Positions 18,135 to 26,889 of a stretch of DNA of 64,000 nt are shown here, piece by piece (the stretch's first letter is position 1; every line of letters starts with the position of its first letter). Position numbers and translations under genes: made by a program. Under the pieces are notes generated by a model that saw only the letters and a list, made by a program, of their open reading frames with translations, was not told the DNA's origin and made no database searches. This DNA comes from Candidatus Multivorans sp. (lineage in GTDB: Bacteria > Acidobacteriota > Thermoanaerobaculia > Multivoradales > Multivoraceae). The DNA lies in contig OZ251997.1 in the NCBI GenBank assembly GCA_965247095.1, positions 160,001 through 224,000 of the forward strand, given 5' to 3'.

Positions 18135-18704
18135 CTACGCCCCCGCGCCCGCCTCCAACCCGGTCACGTCGTACGACATCAGGATCAGGTCGTGGGTGGC
18201 GTCGTCGGGATCGATCACCCAATCCGCGAGCAGGGCTTCGATCGAGAAGCCCAGCTTGTGGAACATCTGGCGGGCGCCGCGCTGCTCGCGGGCCATCTGG
18301 GCGACGATCTTGGTCAGCCCGATCTGTTGGGCGAGCTGGAAGATGTCGTGGGCCAGGTGGCCTCCGAGACCGGCCTGCCGGACCTCCGGCAGCACCATGA
18401 TCCGGATCTCGCCCAGGTGCCGCATCCACGACGACTCGCGGCGGTTCAGGCTGCCGTAGCCCACGAGCCGGCCGTCGAGGTGGGCGAGCACGGCAATCCG
18501 GAGCCCCGAGTTCACGCCGTCGATCCAGTGGTCGACGACCTTGGGGTCGGTCAGGTCGACACGCAGAAACCGAAGATCTTCTTCCGGCAGGGCGCGCGCA
18601 AAAGCCAGCATGTCGTCGCGGTCGTCCTGACCCAGGAGACGGAACTCGAAGGGCTTGCCCTTGAGGTGGACCGTGCGCGGGTACTCGTTCGCCATGTCGT
18701 TCAC
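18135..18704 (-). CDS. GNAT N-acetyltransferase
   Basis: RHLGEIRIMVLPEVRQAGLG and MFHKLGF motifs. Confidence 0.85.
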   Translation of the reverse strand: MNDMANEYPRTVHLKGKPFEFRLLGQDDRDDMLAFARALPEEDLRFLRVDLTDPKVVDHWIDGVNSGLRIAVLAHLDGRLVGYGSLNRRESSWMRHLGEIRIMVLPEVRQAGLGGHLAHDIFQLAQQIGLTKIVAQMAREQRGARQMFHKLGFSIEALLADWVIDPDDATHDLILMSYDVTGLEAGAGA

Positions 18705-19033
18705 TCGGGTGCCTCCGTTTCGCCTGCCGGTTCTTCGGCCGGGTCGCCTTCCGCGAGCCGGTCGAAGTAGGTGGTGACGGCCGCGAAGGAGCCGTCCACC
18801 GTGTTCTTGAACTGACGTTGACCCTGTTCGGCCGCGTCGCGCCAGGTCTGCATGAGGGCGCGCGCTTCGTCAGGCAGGTTCGGAACTTGGCCGATCATCC
18901 GGTCGGCGAGTTCGAGCTGCCGTTCCTGCAGCGCGACGATCGCGTTGTAGCCGTTCTCGAACGCGGACTTCTGGAACTCGAGCACCTGCTTCTGGTAGTC
19001 GAGCACCTGCTTTGGAATGGTGGGACGGTTCAT
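18701..19033 (-). CDS. Phasin-like amphipathic helical protein
   Basis: 110 aa, Q/E-rich all-helical pattern QVLEFQKSAFENGYNAIVALQE..LPDEAR..W. Confidence 0.6.
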   Translation of the reverse strand: MNRPTIPKQVLDYQKQVLEFQKSAFENGYNAIVALQERQLELADRMIGQVPNLPDEARALMQTWRDAAEQGQRQFKNTVDGSFAAVTTYFDRLAEGDPAEEPAGETEAPE

Positions 19034-19417
19034 CTAGGTCTCCAGGGTCTGCTCTGCGTGCGGTCGCGGCGCAAGTGGCGCATTGCGAACCGGCCGGCGC
19101 GGAGCGCTGCCGGCTGCTTCGCGGAGTTCGTCGAGGGACTCGGCGAGCAGGTCGGGCAGCACGGCGCCGTCCGGACAGGCTCGTTCGTCCACCGTGAGGC
19201 CGACGTGCAGCAGTTGGTTGTAGGCGAAGAACGCGGCCCCGGCCCAGTTCTCGAGCCACTCGGCCACTCGCCTGCCGGAGTCGACTCCGGACCGGAACGC
19301 GTCGTCCCCGCCGTTGCCGTTCGCGGCCAGTCCGGCGATGTGCAATCCAGGGCTCTGGCGCTCCAGGTTCCACAGGAAAGCGCGGTCCGCCGCCAGCGGT
19401 TCGTTGGCGGTCGTCAT
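19034..19417 (-). CDS. Mini or internally deleted WS/DGAT homolog
   Basis: N-terminus and C-terminus both align by eye to the termini of the WS/DGAT at 20240-21808. Confidence 0.55.
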   Translation of the reverse strand: MTTANEPLAADRAFLWNLERQSPGLHIAGLAANGNGGDDAFRSGVDSGRRVAEWLENWAGAAFFAYNQLLHVGLTVDERACPDGAVLPDLLAESLDELREAAGSAPRRPVRNAPLAPRPHAEQTLET

Positions 19418-20223
19418 GGTGTGGAGTCGCCTGCCGCGGGATGGCGGCTCAGGAAGCGGGCGAGGTGACGGTAGGCCAGCGGGTTGGCGGCGAGTCCGCT
19501 GTGGGTGCCTGGAACCTCCGCGTTCTTTGCGGGATCGTGGAGGCGCGTGTAGCGCCAGGCGACGACGCCGTCACGCCGCGTGTAGATCGCGAGTTGCGGG
19601 ATCTCCTCCGGAAAGACGCCCTGAACCGCGCGCACGAAGTCGCACCGGCAGTCGCCCGAGAAGCACCCGGGGTTCCGGCCTCCGTCCTGTTCGACTACGC
19701 GACGCCGTACGACCTCCGCCAACCGCACGACGAGAGGGTGGGAGCGGACCCCTCGGATCGGCGTCCCCATCGTGGTGACCGAGGCAACCAGGTCGGGCCG
19801 CAAAGACGCGACACCGCGGCAAAGCACGCCGCCCAGGCTGTGGCCGACGACGTGTACGCGGCGGCCGGTTCCCGCGGCCGCGGTCTCGAGCGTTGTCGTC
19901 AATCGCTGTCCCAGCCGCTCCAGGCAGTTCGCGTTGTGACCGATGCCGGAGGCGTAGGGCCGGTAGCCGATGCGGTTGAGCCAGCCGCGCATCGGGGCCA
20001 GGTAGCCGTCGGTGGCGGTGAAACCGGGCACGACGACGACCGCGGCGCCGTCGCCCCGGGGGACGCCGAAGCCGTGGTAGATCGGCGTCATGGGAAGGAC
20101 GCAGAACTCCGCGATCGCGAAGCCCTCGCGCCACAGTGGCAGAGCGGCTGGAACGGTGTCCCGCAGCAGGCGCGGATTCACGCTCCAGATCGGGTTGGTT
20201 GGACGGCGTGGCGCCGATGTCAC
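19414..20223 (-). CDS. Alpha/beta hydrolase (lipase/esterase)
   Basis: VVPGF oxyanion motif, GHSLGG nucleophile elbow, DGVV, GTHSGL. Confidence 0.85.
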   Translation of the reverse strand: MTSAPRRPTNPIWSVNPRLLRDTVPAALPLWREGFAIAEFCVLPMTPIYHGFGVPRGDGAAVVVVPGFTATDGYLAPMRGWLNRIGYRPYASGIGHNANCLERLGQRLTTTLETAAAGTGRRVHVVGHSLGGVLCRGVASLRPDLVASVTTMGTPIRGVRSHPLVVRLAEVVRRRVVEQDGGRNPGCFSGDCRCDFVRAVQGVFPEEIPQLAIYTRRDGVVAWRYTRLHDPAKNAEVPGTHSGLAANPLAYRHLARFLSRHPAAGDSTP

Positions 20224-20239
20224 GGGGCGACTCTCCGCA

Positions 20240-21808
20240 CTATGCGACTCCCTGGAGGCGGTCGCCCGGATCCGCTGGGGCGTCGGACATCGAGATGTCG
20301 GCCGGCTCCGCGATAGCGACCGGCTCGGCGGTCGGGGCCGGCGTTGCGGCCCCCGGCTCCGCCGCTTCGGCCTGGTCAAGGGCGGCGAAGCAGCGCGCTC
20401 CCGTCGCTTCGTCGTCCTCGATGCCGGCGGCCTGCCGCAGTTCGGCGTAGGACGCCTCGAGGCATTGGGTGAGGAACCACGGATCGGGAATCAGCTTCGA
20501 GTCCACGGTGATGCCGAGTGTGATGCGCTGGTTGTAGGTCAGGATGGAGACGAACAGGCCGATGTTGTTCGACACGATACCGAGCGGCAGCCAGTCGACC
20601 AGCTTGTGCTGTCCGAAGTAGAGGGGGATCATCGGGCCGGGCACGTTCGTCGACACGGTGTTGAACAGCGTCTGTGAGAACGGCAGCGCCGCGCCCAGGG
20701 CCGCCATCAGGGGCGGCACGCGGATGCCGAACTGGCTCAACTGGTAGAAGGCCTTGGCCTGTCCGGCTTCCTTCAGCTTGTTCATCGCGTCGCGTTCCCT
20801 GCCCAGGCGCTCGACCGGATCCTCGACGCCTACGAATAGCGGGGCGATCATGTTCGAGACCAGGTTGCCGAGCTGACCGCGTTCGCCCGCCTGCCGCATG
20901 CTGACCGGGCACATGGCGCGGAGTTCGAGCCCCGCCGTGTTCTGGCCGCGGGCACGCAGGTAGCGGCCGAGGCCGCCGGCGAGCATGGTGAGCACGACGT
21001 CGTTCACGGTGCCGCCCAGGGCCGACTTGACCGCGCGCATCGTCGGGAAGGCGAATTGGGCCCAGGCGAAACCGCGGTCGCCGCCGACCGGCCGGTTGAA
21101 CACCGTGCGCGGCGCCGGGGTGATGCTGACCGGCAACGTGGCGCTGCTGGCCGACATCATCTCGCGAGTGCGTTCCGCCATGACGTCGGGCCGCAGGGCG
21201 TCGAAGGCGGCTTCCGTCCAGGTCTGGTTCAGTTCGCCGAAACGATGCTGCATCGCTTCCTGGAGCAGACTCAAGGGTTCGGGCAGCGGCTGCGGCGCCC
21301 AGGGCTCGGCCGGCGGCGCCGGCAGCTCATCGGTCGGCGAGACGCCGCTCAGCACCATGGTCAGATCGACGCCGGAGACGCCGTCGACCATCGCGTGGTG
21401 GATCTTCCAGACCACGGCGGTGTGTCCCGGAATGCCGCGCAGCACGATCCCCTTCCACAGCGGACGGTCGCGGTCGAGCATGCCGCTGTAGGCCTCCGCG
21501 GCCCCGCGGCCCAGCACCTGCTCGTTGCTGTCCGCCGGTAGCCGGACTTCGTCGATGTGATTCTCGATATCGAAGTTCGGGTCGTCGACCCAGAGCGGAT
21601 GGGAGACGAGGAACGGCGGGAACACCACGCGCTGCCGGTACCGGGGCAGCAGGTGCATGCGGGCGCCGACCTGCTCGATCATGTGCTCTCTGGAGAACTC
21701 GCCCTCGTAGACCATGCAGCCACCGATGTGCATGGTTTCGTTGGGGCGTTCCACGTAGAGGAAGCCGGCGTCGAGGGGGCTGAGAAAGCGGCTCAGTTCC
21801 GGGGCCAT
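20240..21808 (-). CDS. Wax ester synthase / diacylglycerol acyltransferase (WS/DGAT)
   Basis: HHAMVDG catalytic motif, LDRDRPLW, TVNDVVL, STNVPGP. Confidence 0.93.
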   Translation of the reverse strand: MAPELSRFLSPLDAGFLYVERPNETMHIGGCMVYEGEFSREHMIEQVGARMHLLPRYRQRVVFPPFLVSHPLWVDDPNFDIENHIDEVRLPADSNEQVLGRGAAEAYSGMLDRDRPLWKGIVLRGIPGHTAVVWKIHHAMVDGVSGVDLTMVLSGVSPTDELPAPPAEPWAPQPLPEPLSLLQEAMQHRFGELNQTWTEAAFDALRPDVMAERTREMMSASSATLPVSITPAPRTVFNRPVGGDRGFAWAQFAFPTMRAVKSALGGTVNDVVLTMLAGGLGRYLRARGQNTAGLELRAMCPVSMRQAGERGQLGNLVSNMIAPLFVGVEDPVERLGRERDAMNKLKEAGQAKAFYQLSQFGIRVPPLMAALGAALPFSQTLFNTVSTNVPGPMIPLYFGQHKLVDWLPLGIVSNNIGLFVSILTYNQRITLGITVDSKLIPDPWFLTQCLEASYAELRQAAGIEDDEATGARCFAALDQAEAAEPGAATPAPTAEPVAIAEPADISMSDAPADPGDRLQGVA

Positions 21809-21947
21809 CGGGTCTCCAGAAGACGGCGGACCTGTGGGGGTTCGAGGCGGGTTTGCCGCACTGATTGCTGCAATGCAGCAGAGGCATCGTTACACACAAC
21901 CGGCCGAACGGCAAGGGGGAAGTGCGTCCGCTAGCCCGTTGAACGAA

Positions 21948-23948
21948 TCAGTCGTGCCGGCGCCAACGGAAGGCGGTGACGTCGATGACCTCGCGCGCGG
22001 GTTCGACGTTCACGCGAATCGGTGCCGTCGGCTGTGGAAAACGTGGCGTCAGGCAGCGGCGGCGTTGCCGGCCTTTCTGCGTCAGGCGGCAGGGAAGACC
22101 GTCGTCGCCGGCCTCGACCGCCACCTCGACCGTGTCGCGGTACGGCGTGCGGATTGCGATCTCGAGCGACACCAGGGACGGCTCGGGGCTCTCGGCGGCG
22201 CTGCCGGGAGCGGCGACGTCGACTTCGTAGACGCCTTCGCCCGCTGCCTCGAAGGGCGCCGGCGAGGGCGGCGCGAGCGCGTCGAACCGCCGGCGGACCA
22301 GGACGACGGGCTCGCCGCGCAGCCGGAACAGTCCTGGTTCGAAGCGCTGCAGCGTGGCGCCGTCCGCTGTCGCCAGTTCCCTGTAGACGGGATCCTGATC
22401 CGACTCGAGCCGCGAAGCGGAGAAGAGCAGCACATCGGCGCTTGCCCCTTCGGCGCCCAGTTCGACCGCGATGTCTTCGGTCCGGATCACGGTGGGAACG
22501 AAGGCGCTCAGCCAGGTTCTGGGATCGAAGGCCTGGGCTCCGAGTGGCAGTTCGGTCACGAACGTGCGCCCCCGAAGCGGCTTGCGCGCGCCGGCGACCC
22601 GTGCCGCTTCGTCTGTCGTCAGGGGAACGTTCTCGTCGTAGACGGTGCGGTGAATGAACTGAACTTTGGCGGCCAGAGCCGTGCCGACGATCAGGACCAG
22701 CGCCGGCGCAGCCGCCCGGCGCCACCAGGCGGGACCGGTGCGTCGAGCGGCGGTGACCAGACGGCCGATCAGCCAGGCGCCGGCGAGCGCGGCGACGGGA
22801 GCGACGATCAGCCAGTTGGGGGGTTTCGGGTACCGGGTGACTGTCCAGAGCGCGGCGACGTAACCGCCGAAGAAGGTCAGCACGATCCAGGCGTCCGCGG
22901 TCGTCACGGACCCGCCGGTGCCGGGGAGCGGGCCGGCCGTGCGAAGGTGACGGAGAGCCAGAACGAGCAGCCAGACCAGGCCAGCCAGGGCGCAGACGCC
23001 CAGGACCGGGCTGAGGTAGACGCTCCCGACAAGGCTGGTGGCCACGCTGAGCGGCTGATCGAACCACCCCGAGCCGGCATTTGTGAGCCGCTCCTGGTAC
23101 TGGTTGACCGTGGAGGCGAGGTGGCGGCGGTAGAGGTCCGGGTCGAGCACCAGCCACGGATTCAGGAGCAGCAGGACGCCAGCCGCAGCGGCAACGGCGG
23201 CAGCCGTCCTCCGCACGAGGAGTCCGATGTCCCGAAGCCCGCCCAGGGCAATGGTCACGAAAAGCGGCACGAGGAGCGCGCCCCCGTTCCACTTCGAGGC
23301 CACTGTGGCGCCGACCATGGCGCCCGCGACGGCGTAGCTGCGCAGACTGCCGCTCCGCCTGGCCGCCAGCATCGCGTAGAGCGCGACGACGGCTGTCAGG
23401 ACGAGCATGATGTCCGGTTTGAACGCTCCCGATTGCCGCAGGTGCCACGGCGCCACGGAGAGAAGTAGAACGCCCAGCAGTGCGACAGAGGATCCGAACA
23501 GGCGTCTGCCGATCAGAAACAGAATCCAGAGGGAGGCGGTGCCCACCAGGGCCTGGATTGCACGGCAGGCGCGGACACCCAGGGGCGTCAGGTAGGGCCT
23601 GCCGTCGGGGGCCAGGGCGAAGGCGGACGGCGTCGAACGCAGGCCGGGCAGCGAGCGCGCGGTCTCCCAGGTCTTGAGGACGAGCGCGTGCGGCAGGTAG
23701 GAGAGGGTCGGATAGTGCGCGCGCACCGGGCGGAGCTGACCCTCGGCCAGGATCGCCGCGACGTTGCCGGCGTTGTAGCGCTCGTCCCAGATGCGGTTCA
23801 TGGTCGGGTCGGGCCAACTGAAGATGAGGCGGACCGCAAACGCCCACAGCAGGAGCAGCCCGAGCAACCCCGCCTGAAGACGCGAGGTTGCGGGCGGGAC
23901 CCCTTCCGGGTCCGCGTGAACCGCCGGGTTCGAGTGAACCGCGGTCAT
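21948..23948 (-). CDS. GT-C membrane glycosyltransferase (ArnT/PMT, GT39/83-like)
   Basis: WDE motif after the first TM helix, many TM helices, ASKW, soluble C-terminal domain. Confidence 0.75.
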   Translation of the reverse strand: MTAVHSNPAVHADPEGVPPATSRLQAGLLGLLLLWAFAVRLIFSWPDPTMNRIWDERYNAGNVAAILAEGQLRPVRAHYPTLSYLPHALVLKTWETARSLPGLRSTPSAFALAPDGRPYLTPLGVRACRAIQALVGTASLWILFLIGRRLFGSSVALLGVLLLSVAPWHLRQSGAFKPDIMLVLTAVVALYAMLAARRSGSLRSYAVAGAMVGATVASKWNGGALLVPLFVTIALGGLRDIGLLVRRTAAAVAAAAGVLLLLNPWLVLDPDLYRRHLASTVNQYQERLTNAGSGWFDQPLSVATSLVGSVYLSPVLGVCALAGLVWLLVLALRHLRTAGPLPGTGGSVTTADAWIVLTFFGGYVAALWTVTRYPKPPNWLIVAPVAALAGAWLIGRLVTAARRTGPAWWRRAAAPALVLIVGTALAAKVQFIHRTVYDENVPLTTDEAARVAGARKPLRGRTFVTELPLGAQAFDPRTWLSAFVPTVIRTEDIAVELGAEGASADVLLFSASRLESDQDPVYRELATADGATLQRFEPGLFRLRGEPVVLVRRRFDALAPPSPAPFEAAGEGVYEVDVAAPGSAAESPEPSLVSLEIAIRTPYRDTVEVAVEAGDDGLPCRLTQKGRQRRRCLTPRFPQPTAPIRVNVEPAREVIDVTAFRWRRHD

Positions 23949-23952
23949 CGGC

Positions 23953-24852
23953 TCAGGCCAGGATCTGGTAGCCGGAGCGCGCGGTGAGCTCGCGGAACAG
24001 TTTCTGCAACCGTCCGAGCACCGGCCGCTCCCCGCTGCCGATCGGCCGGCCGTCGACCTCGGAGACCGCCACCAGTTCGCCCATCGTGCCAGTGCAGAAC
24101 GCTTCGTCGGCGCGGTAGAGCTCGGCCTGGGAGTAGTCGGTCACCTGGTGGGGAATGTCGTTGTCCCGGCAGAGTTCCAGCACGGTCGAGCGGGTCACTC
24201 CCTCGGGGCAGGCGTGGCAGTGGCTTGTCGTGACGACGCCGCCGCGCACCACGAAGACGTGGGTGGTGTTGGTCTCCGCGACGAAGCCCTGGCGGTCGAG
24301 CATCAGGGCGTCGTCGACGCCGGCCGCGTTCGCCTCGATCTTGGCCAGGATCGACTGGATCAGGTTGTTGTGGTGGATCTTCGGATCCATGCAGTCGGGC
24401 GGGAAGCGGCGGATCGAGGACGTGATCAGGCGGATCGGCTGCGAACCGTAGACCGGGGCCTTGTGCTCGGCGAGGACGATCAGGGTCGGTCCGGCGGTGT
24501 TGAGCCGCGGGTCCATCCCGGACGTGATCTTGACGCCTCGGGTCAGCGTGAGCCGGATGTGGACGTTGTCCCGCATCCCGTTCGCTTCGAGCGTGCGCCG
24601 GATCTCATCGATGATCGCCTCTTGGGACGGAATCTCGGTGAACGCCAGGGCCAGGGCCGAGTCGCGGAGCCGTTCCAGGTGCCGTTCGAGCTTGAAGATG
24701 CGGCCGTCGTACAGGCGCAGCCCCTCCCAGACGGCGTCGCCGCCCTGGACGGCGGAGTCGAAGGGACTGATTCCCGCGCGGTCGCGGTGGATCAGCTCGC
24801 CGTTGATGTTGACCAGCAGGTCGGCGTTCCGGGGGTCGGCCTTTTGCAGCAT
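23953..24852 (-). CDS. Aminotransferase class IV (BCAT-like)
   Basis: GDAVWEGLR, PKIHHNNL, EGVTR and EAFCTGTMGEL motifs. Confidence 0.9.
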   Translation of the reverse strand: MLQKADPRNADLLVNINGELIHRDRAGISPFDSAVQGGDAVWEGLRLYDGRIFKLERHLERLRDSALALAFTEIPSQEAIIDEIRRTLEANGMRDNVHIRLTLTRGVKITSGMDPRLNTAGPTLIVLAEHKAPVYGSQPIRLITSSIRRFPPDCMDPKIHHNNLIQSILAKIEANAAGVDDALMLDRQGFVAETNTTHVFVVRGGVVTTSHCHACPEGVTRSTVLELCRDNDIPHQVTDYSQAELYRADEAFCTGTMGELVAVSEVDGRPIGSGERPVLGRLQKLFRELTARSGYQILA

Positions 24853-24883
24853 GGTTGGGTCCGTGGGTCGGTAGGTCGGTTGA

Positions 24884-25648
24884 TCAGAAGACGAGCCGAT
24901 GCACGGCAAGGTGATCGTAGTGGCCCTGGCACTCCTCGAGAACATCGGCCAGGAAGTCGGGCACCGGCTCGTTCTTGGGACGGTAGGGAGCGAAGCCGGT
25001 GCTCTTCTCGACCGCGCCGTACCAGTGCGGCGCCCAGATTCCGTCCGTGTCGCGGCGGCCCGGCGGCCAGCTCAGCATCGCTTCGTCGAATTCCGCGCCG
25101 ACCACCCGGCACAGGCTCTCGAGACCCGCGCGCGGATTCCGCAGCACGTCGGCCGAGTCGATCACGGCAGGGGGCGCGCCGAGCCGCTCGCACTCCAGGT
25201 CGAACAGCTCCCGCTGTTGCGGCAGGCCGGTGTCGGGCAGGGTCGGCTGCGGGAGGATGCGCATCAGTGAGGTCAGCATCTCGGCCGGGTCGCGGACCAG
25301 GAACACGTTGGTCAGCCGGGTGACCCAGGATCGGTCACCGGGGAGCAGGTGATGCGCCATGTGCTTCTGGTAGAAGATCGGCTGGTCTTCTGGCGCGTCC
25401 TCGGTCAGCCACTTCGTGACCCGCTCCAGGTCGCTGTCGTGGTGGGCGAGGATGTTCTCCCGTCCCGGATGGTCGTGGCCGTGGTCCACGAGGTAGTTCG
25501 CGTACAGGGGCTCGTCGCACACGAACGTGTCTCGGCGGTTTCCCCACGCGCGCAGCATCGCGGTCGAGATGTTGCGCGGCCCGGACCACATGGCGATGCG
25601 AAGCAAGGAGCCTCGTGCGCCGGAAACGTCTTCACCCATGCGCTGCAT
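24884..25648 (-). CDS. Sulfotransferase-family protein
   Basis: MWSGPRNISTAM, YQKHMAHH, LVRDP, MLSWP and GIWAPHWY motifs. Confidence 0.82.
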   Translation of the reverse strand: MQRMGEDVSGARGSLLRIAMWSGPRNISTAMLRAWGNRRDTFVCDEPLYANYLVDHGHDHPGRENILAHHDSDLERVTKWLTEDAPEDQPIFYQKHMAHHLLPGDRSWVTRLTNVFLVRDPAEMLTSLMRILPQPTLPDTGLPQQRELFDLECERLGAPPAVIDSADVLRNPRAGLESLCRVVGAEFDEAMLSWPPGRRDTDGIWAPHWYGAVEKSTGFAPYRPKNEPVPDFLADVLEECQGHYDHLAVHRLVF

Positions 25649-25689
25649 TCTAAGTCGGCCCTTGCGGATCCCAGTGATAGCTTGCGCCG

Positions 25690-26889
25690 ATGGGCCGGCG
25701 GGCTGAGTTCGAGGCGGAGCATCCCGAAGTTCACGTCCTGTCGGCCGATCAGGCGGGGCGGGTGGATCTCGTGATGGGTGCTCTCGGCTGGCTGGGCGAC
25801 GAGGAACAGGTGACAACCTGCACTTCGCTCGGTGGCGAGTCCAGCACCGTGATGCGGGTCGAGCTGCAGGAGCTGCGCGGCGGTTGGCGCACCGCGGTCT
25901 TGAAACAGGCCCTGCCGTGGCTGCGGCGGGACGAGTCGGTCGCCATGCCGGAGGACCGCGGGGGTGCGGAACTGCGCTTCTATCGTCGCGTGGCCGGGCT
26001 GCCGGAGGCCGCGGCGGGCATGCCTCGGCTGCTCGGAGGCGACGAGACGAGGTCCGTGCTGTTGCTCGAGGACTTCCGGGGCGCTTCGGATCTCACTTCG
26101 CTCTACCGGGGCGGTTCCCTCGGCGAGGACGCCGCGGATGCCTTGGGTTCCTTCCTTCGAGCGCTTCATCTTGGGACCCGTGGCGGGCAGTCTCCGGAGC
26201 TGGCCAACACCGGCATGAGGACGCTGAACCGCCGGCTGTTGTTCGAGGCGCCGTTCGCAGCGTCGTCGGCCGGCGCTGACACATTCGGTTCCGACGGACC
26301 GGCGCTCGATCACGCGGCACTCGAAGCGGTCGAGCCGGGCCTGGGCGACGCGGCGACCGCGTTGCGGGAGGATCGTGCACTTGGCGAAGCCTTGTGCGCC
26401 CTCGCCGGGCGGTACCTGGAGGGTCGAGGGTGCCTGGTTCACGGCGCCTTCCATCCGGGCAACTGGCTGTTGCTCCCCGACGGTGGCGTGCGGGTCGTCG
26501 ACCCGCAGTACGGAGGTTGGGGAGATGCGGAGTTCGACATAGGCACCGGTCTTGCCCACCTGCTACTCGCGCAGCAACCGCATGAGGCCGTCAGCGCCTT
26601 CCTGTCCGCAGCCTCGAACCGGCCGGAAGGTGCGGGAGCGTCAGAGGATTCGGACTCTTGCGCGCCGGAAGCGGGCCGCGACGTGACGGGCGGTGACGCT
26701 TCGTCCGGCGCGGCGGACACCGATGTCGATAGGGAACTGATCGCGCGCTATGCCGGAGGGGAGTTGGTCCGGCGTCTGATCGGTGGCGGTCGGCCGTCCC
26801 TCGCAGCCGACGCGGGTTTTCGTTGCACTCTTCTGGAGGCGGCCCGGACAGCAGTCATCTCAGGCCGCATGGAGGTCTTGGAGACATGA
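25690..26889 (+). CDS. APH/choline kinase-fold phosphotransferase (methylthioribose kinase-like)
   Basis: LKQALPW, LVHGAFHPGNW (catalytic D replaced by A), VVDPQ, GDAEFDIG. Confidence 0.7.
   Translation: MGRRAEFEAEHPEVHVLSADQAGRVDLVMGALGWLGDEEQVTTCTSLGGESSTVMRVELQELRGGWRTAVLKQALPWLRRDESVAMPEDRGGAELRFYRRVAGLPEAAAGMPRLLGGDETRSVLLLEDFRGASDLTSLYRGGSLGEDAADALGSFLRALHLGTRGGQSPELANTGMRTLNRRLLFEAPFAASSAGADTFGSDGPALDHAALEAVEPGLGDAATALREDRALGEALCALAGRYLEGRGCLVHGAFHPGNWLLLPDGGVRVVDPQYGGWGDAEFDIGTGLAHLLLAQQPHEAVSAFLSAASNRPEGAGASEDSDSCAPEAGRDVTGGDASSGAADTDVDRELIARYAGGELVRRLIGGGRPSLAADAGFRCTLLEAARTAVISGRMEVLET

Noticed and set aside
17843-18704. GNAT-HigA as a toxin-antitoxin pair
   Set aside because: The GNAT overlaps the phasin gene and does not resemble AtaT/TacT toxins, which pair with RHH antitoxins
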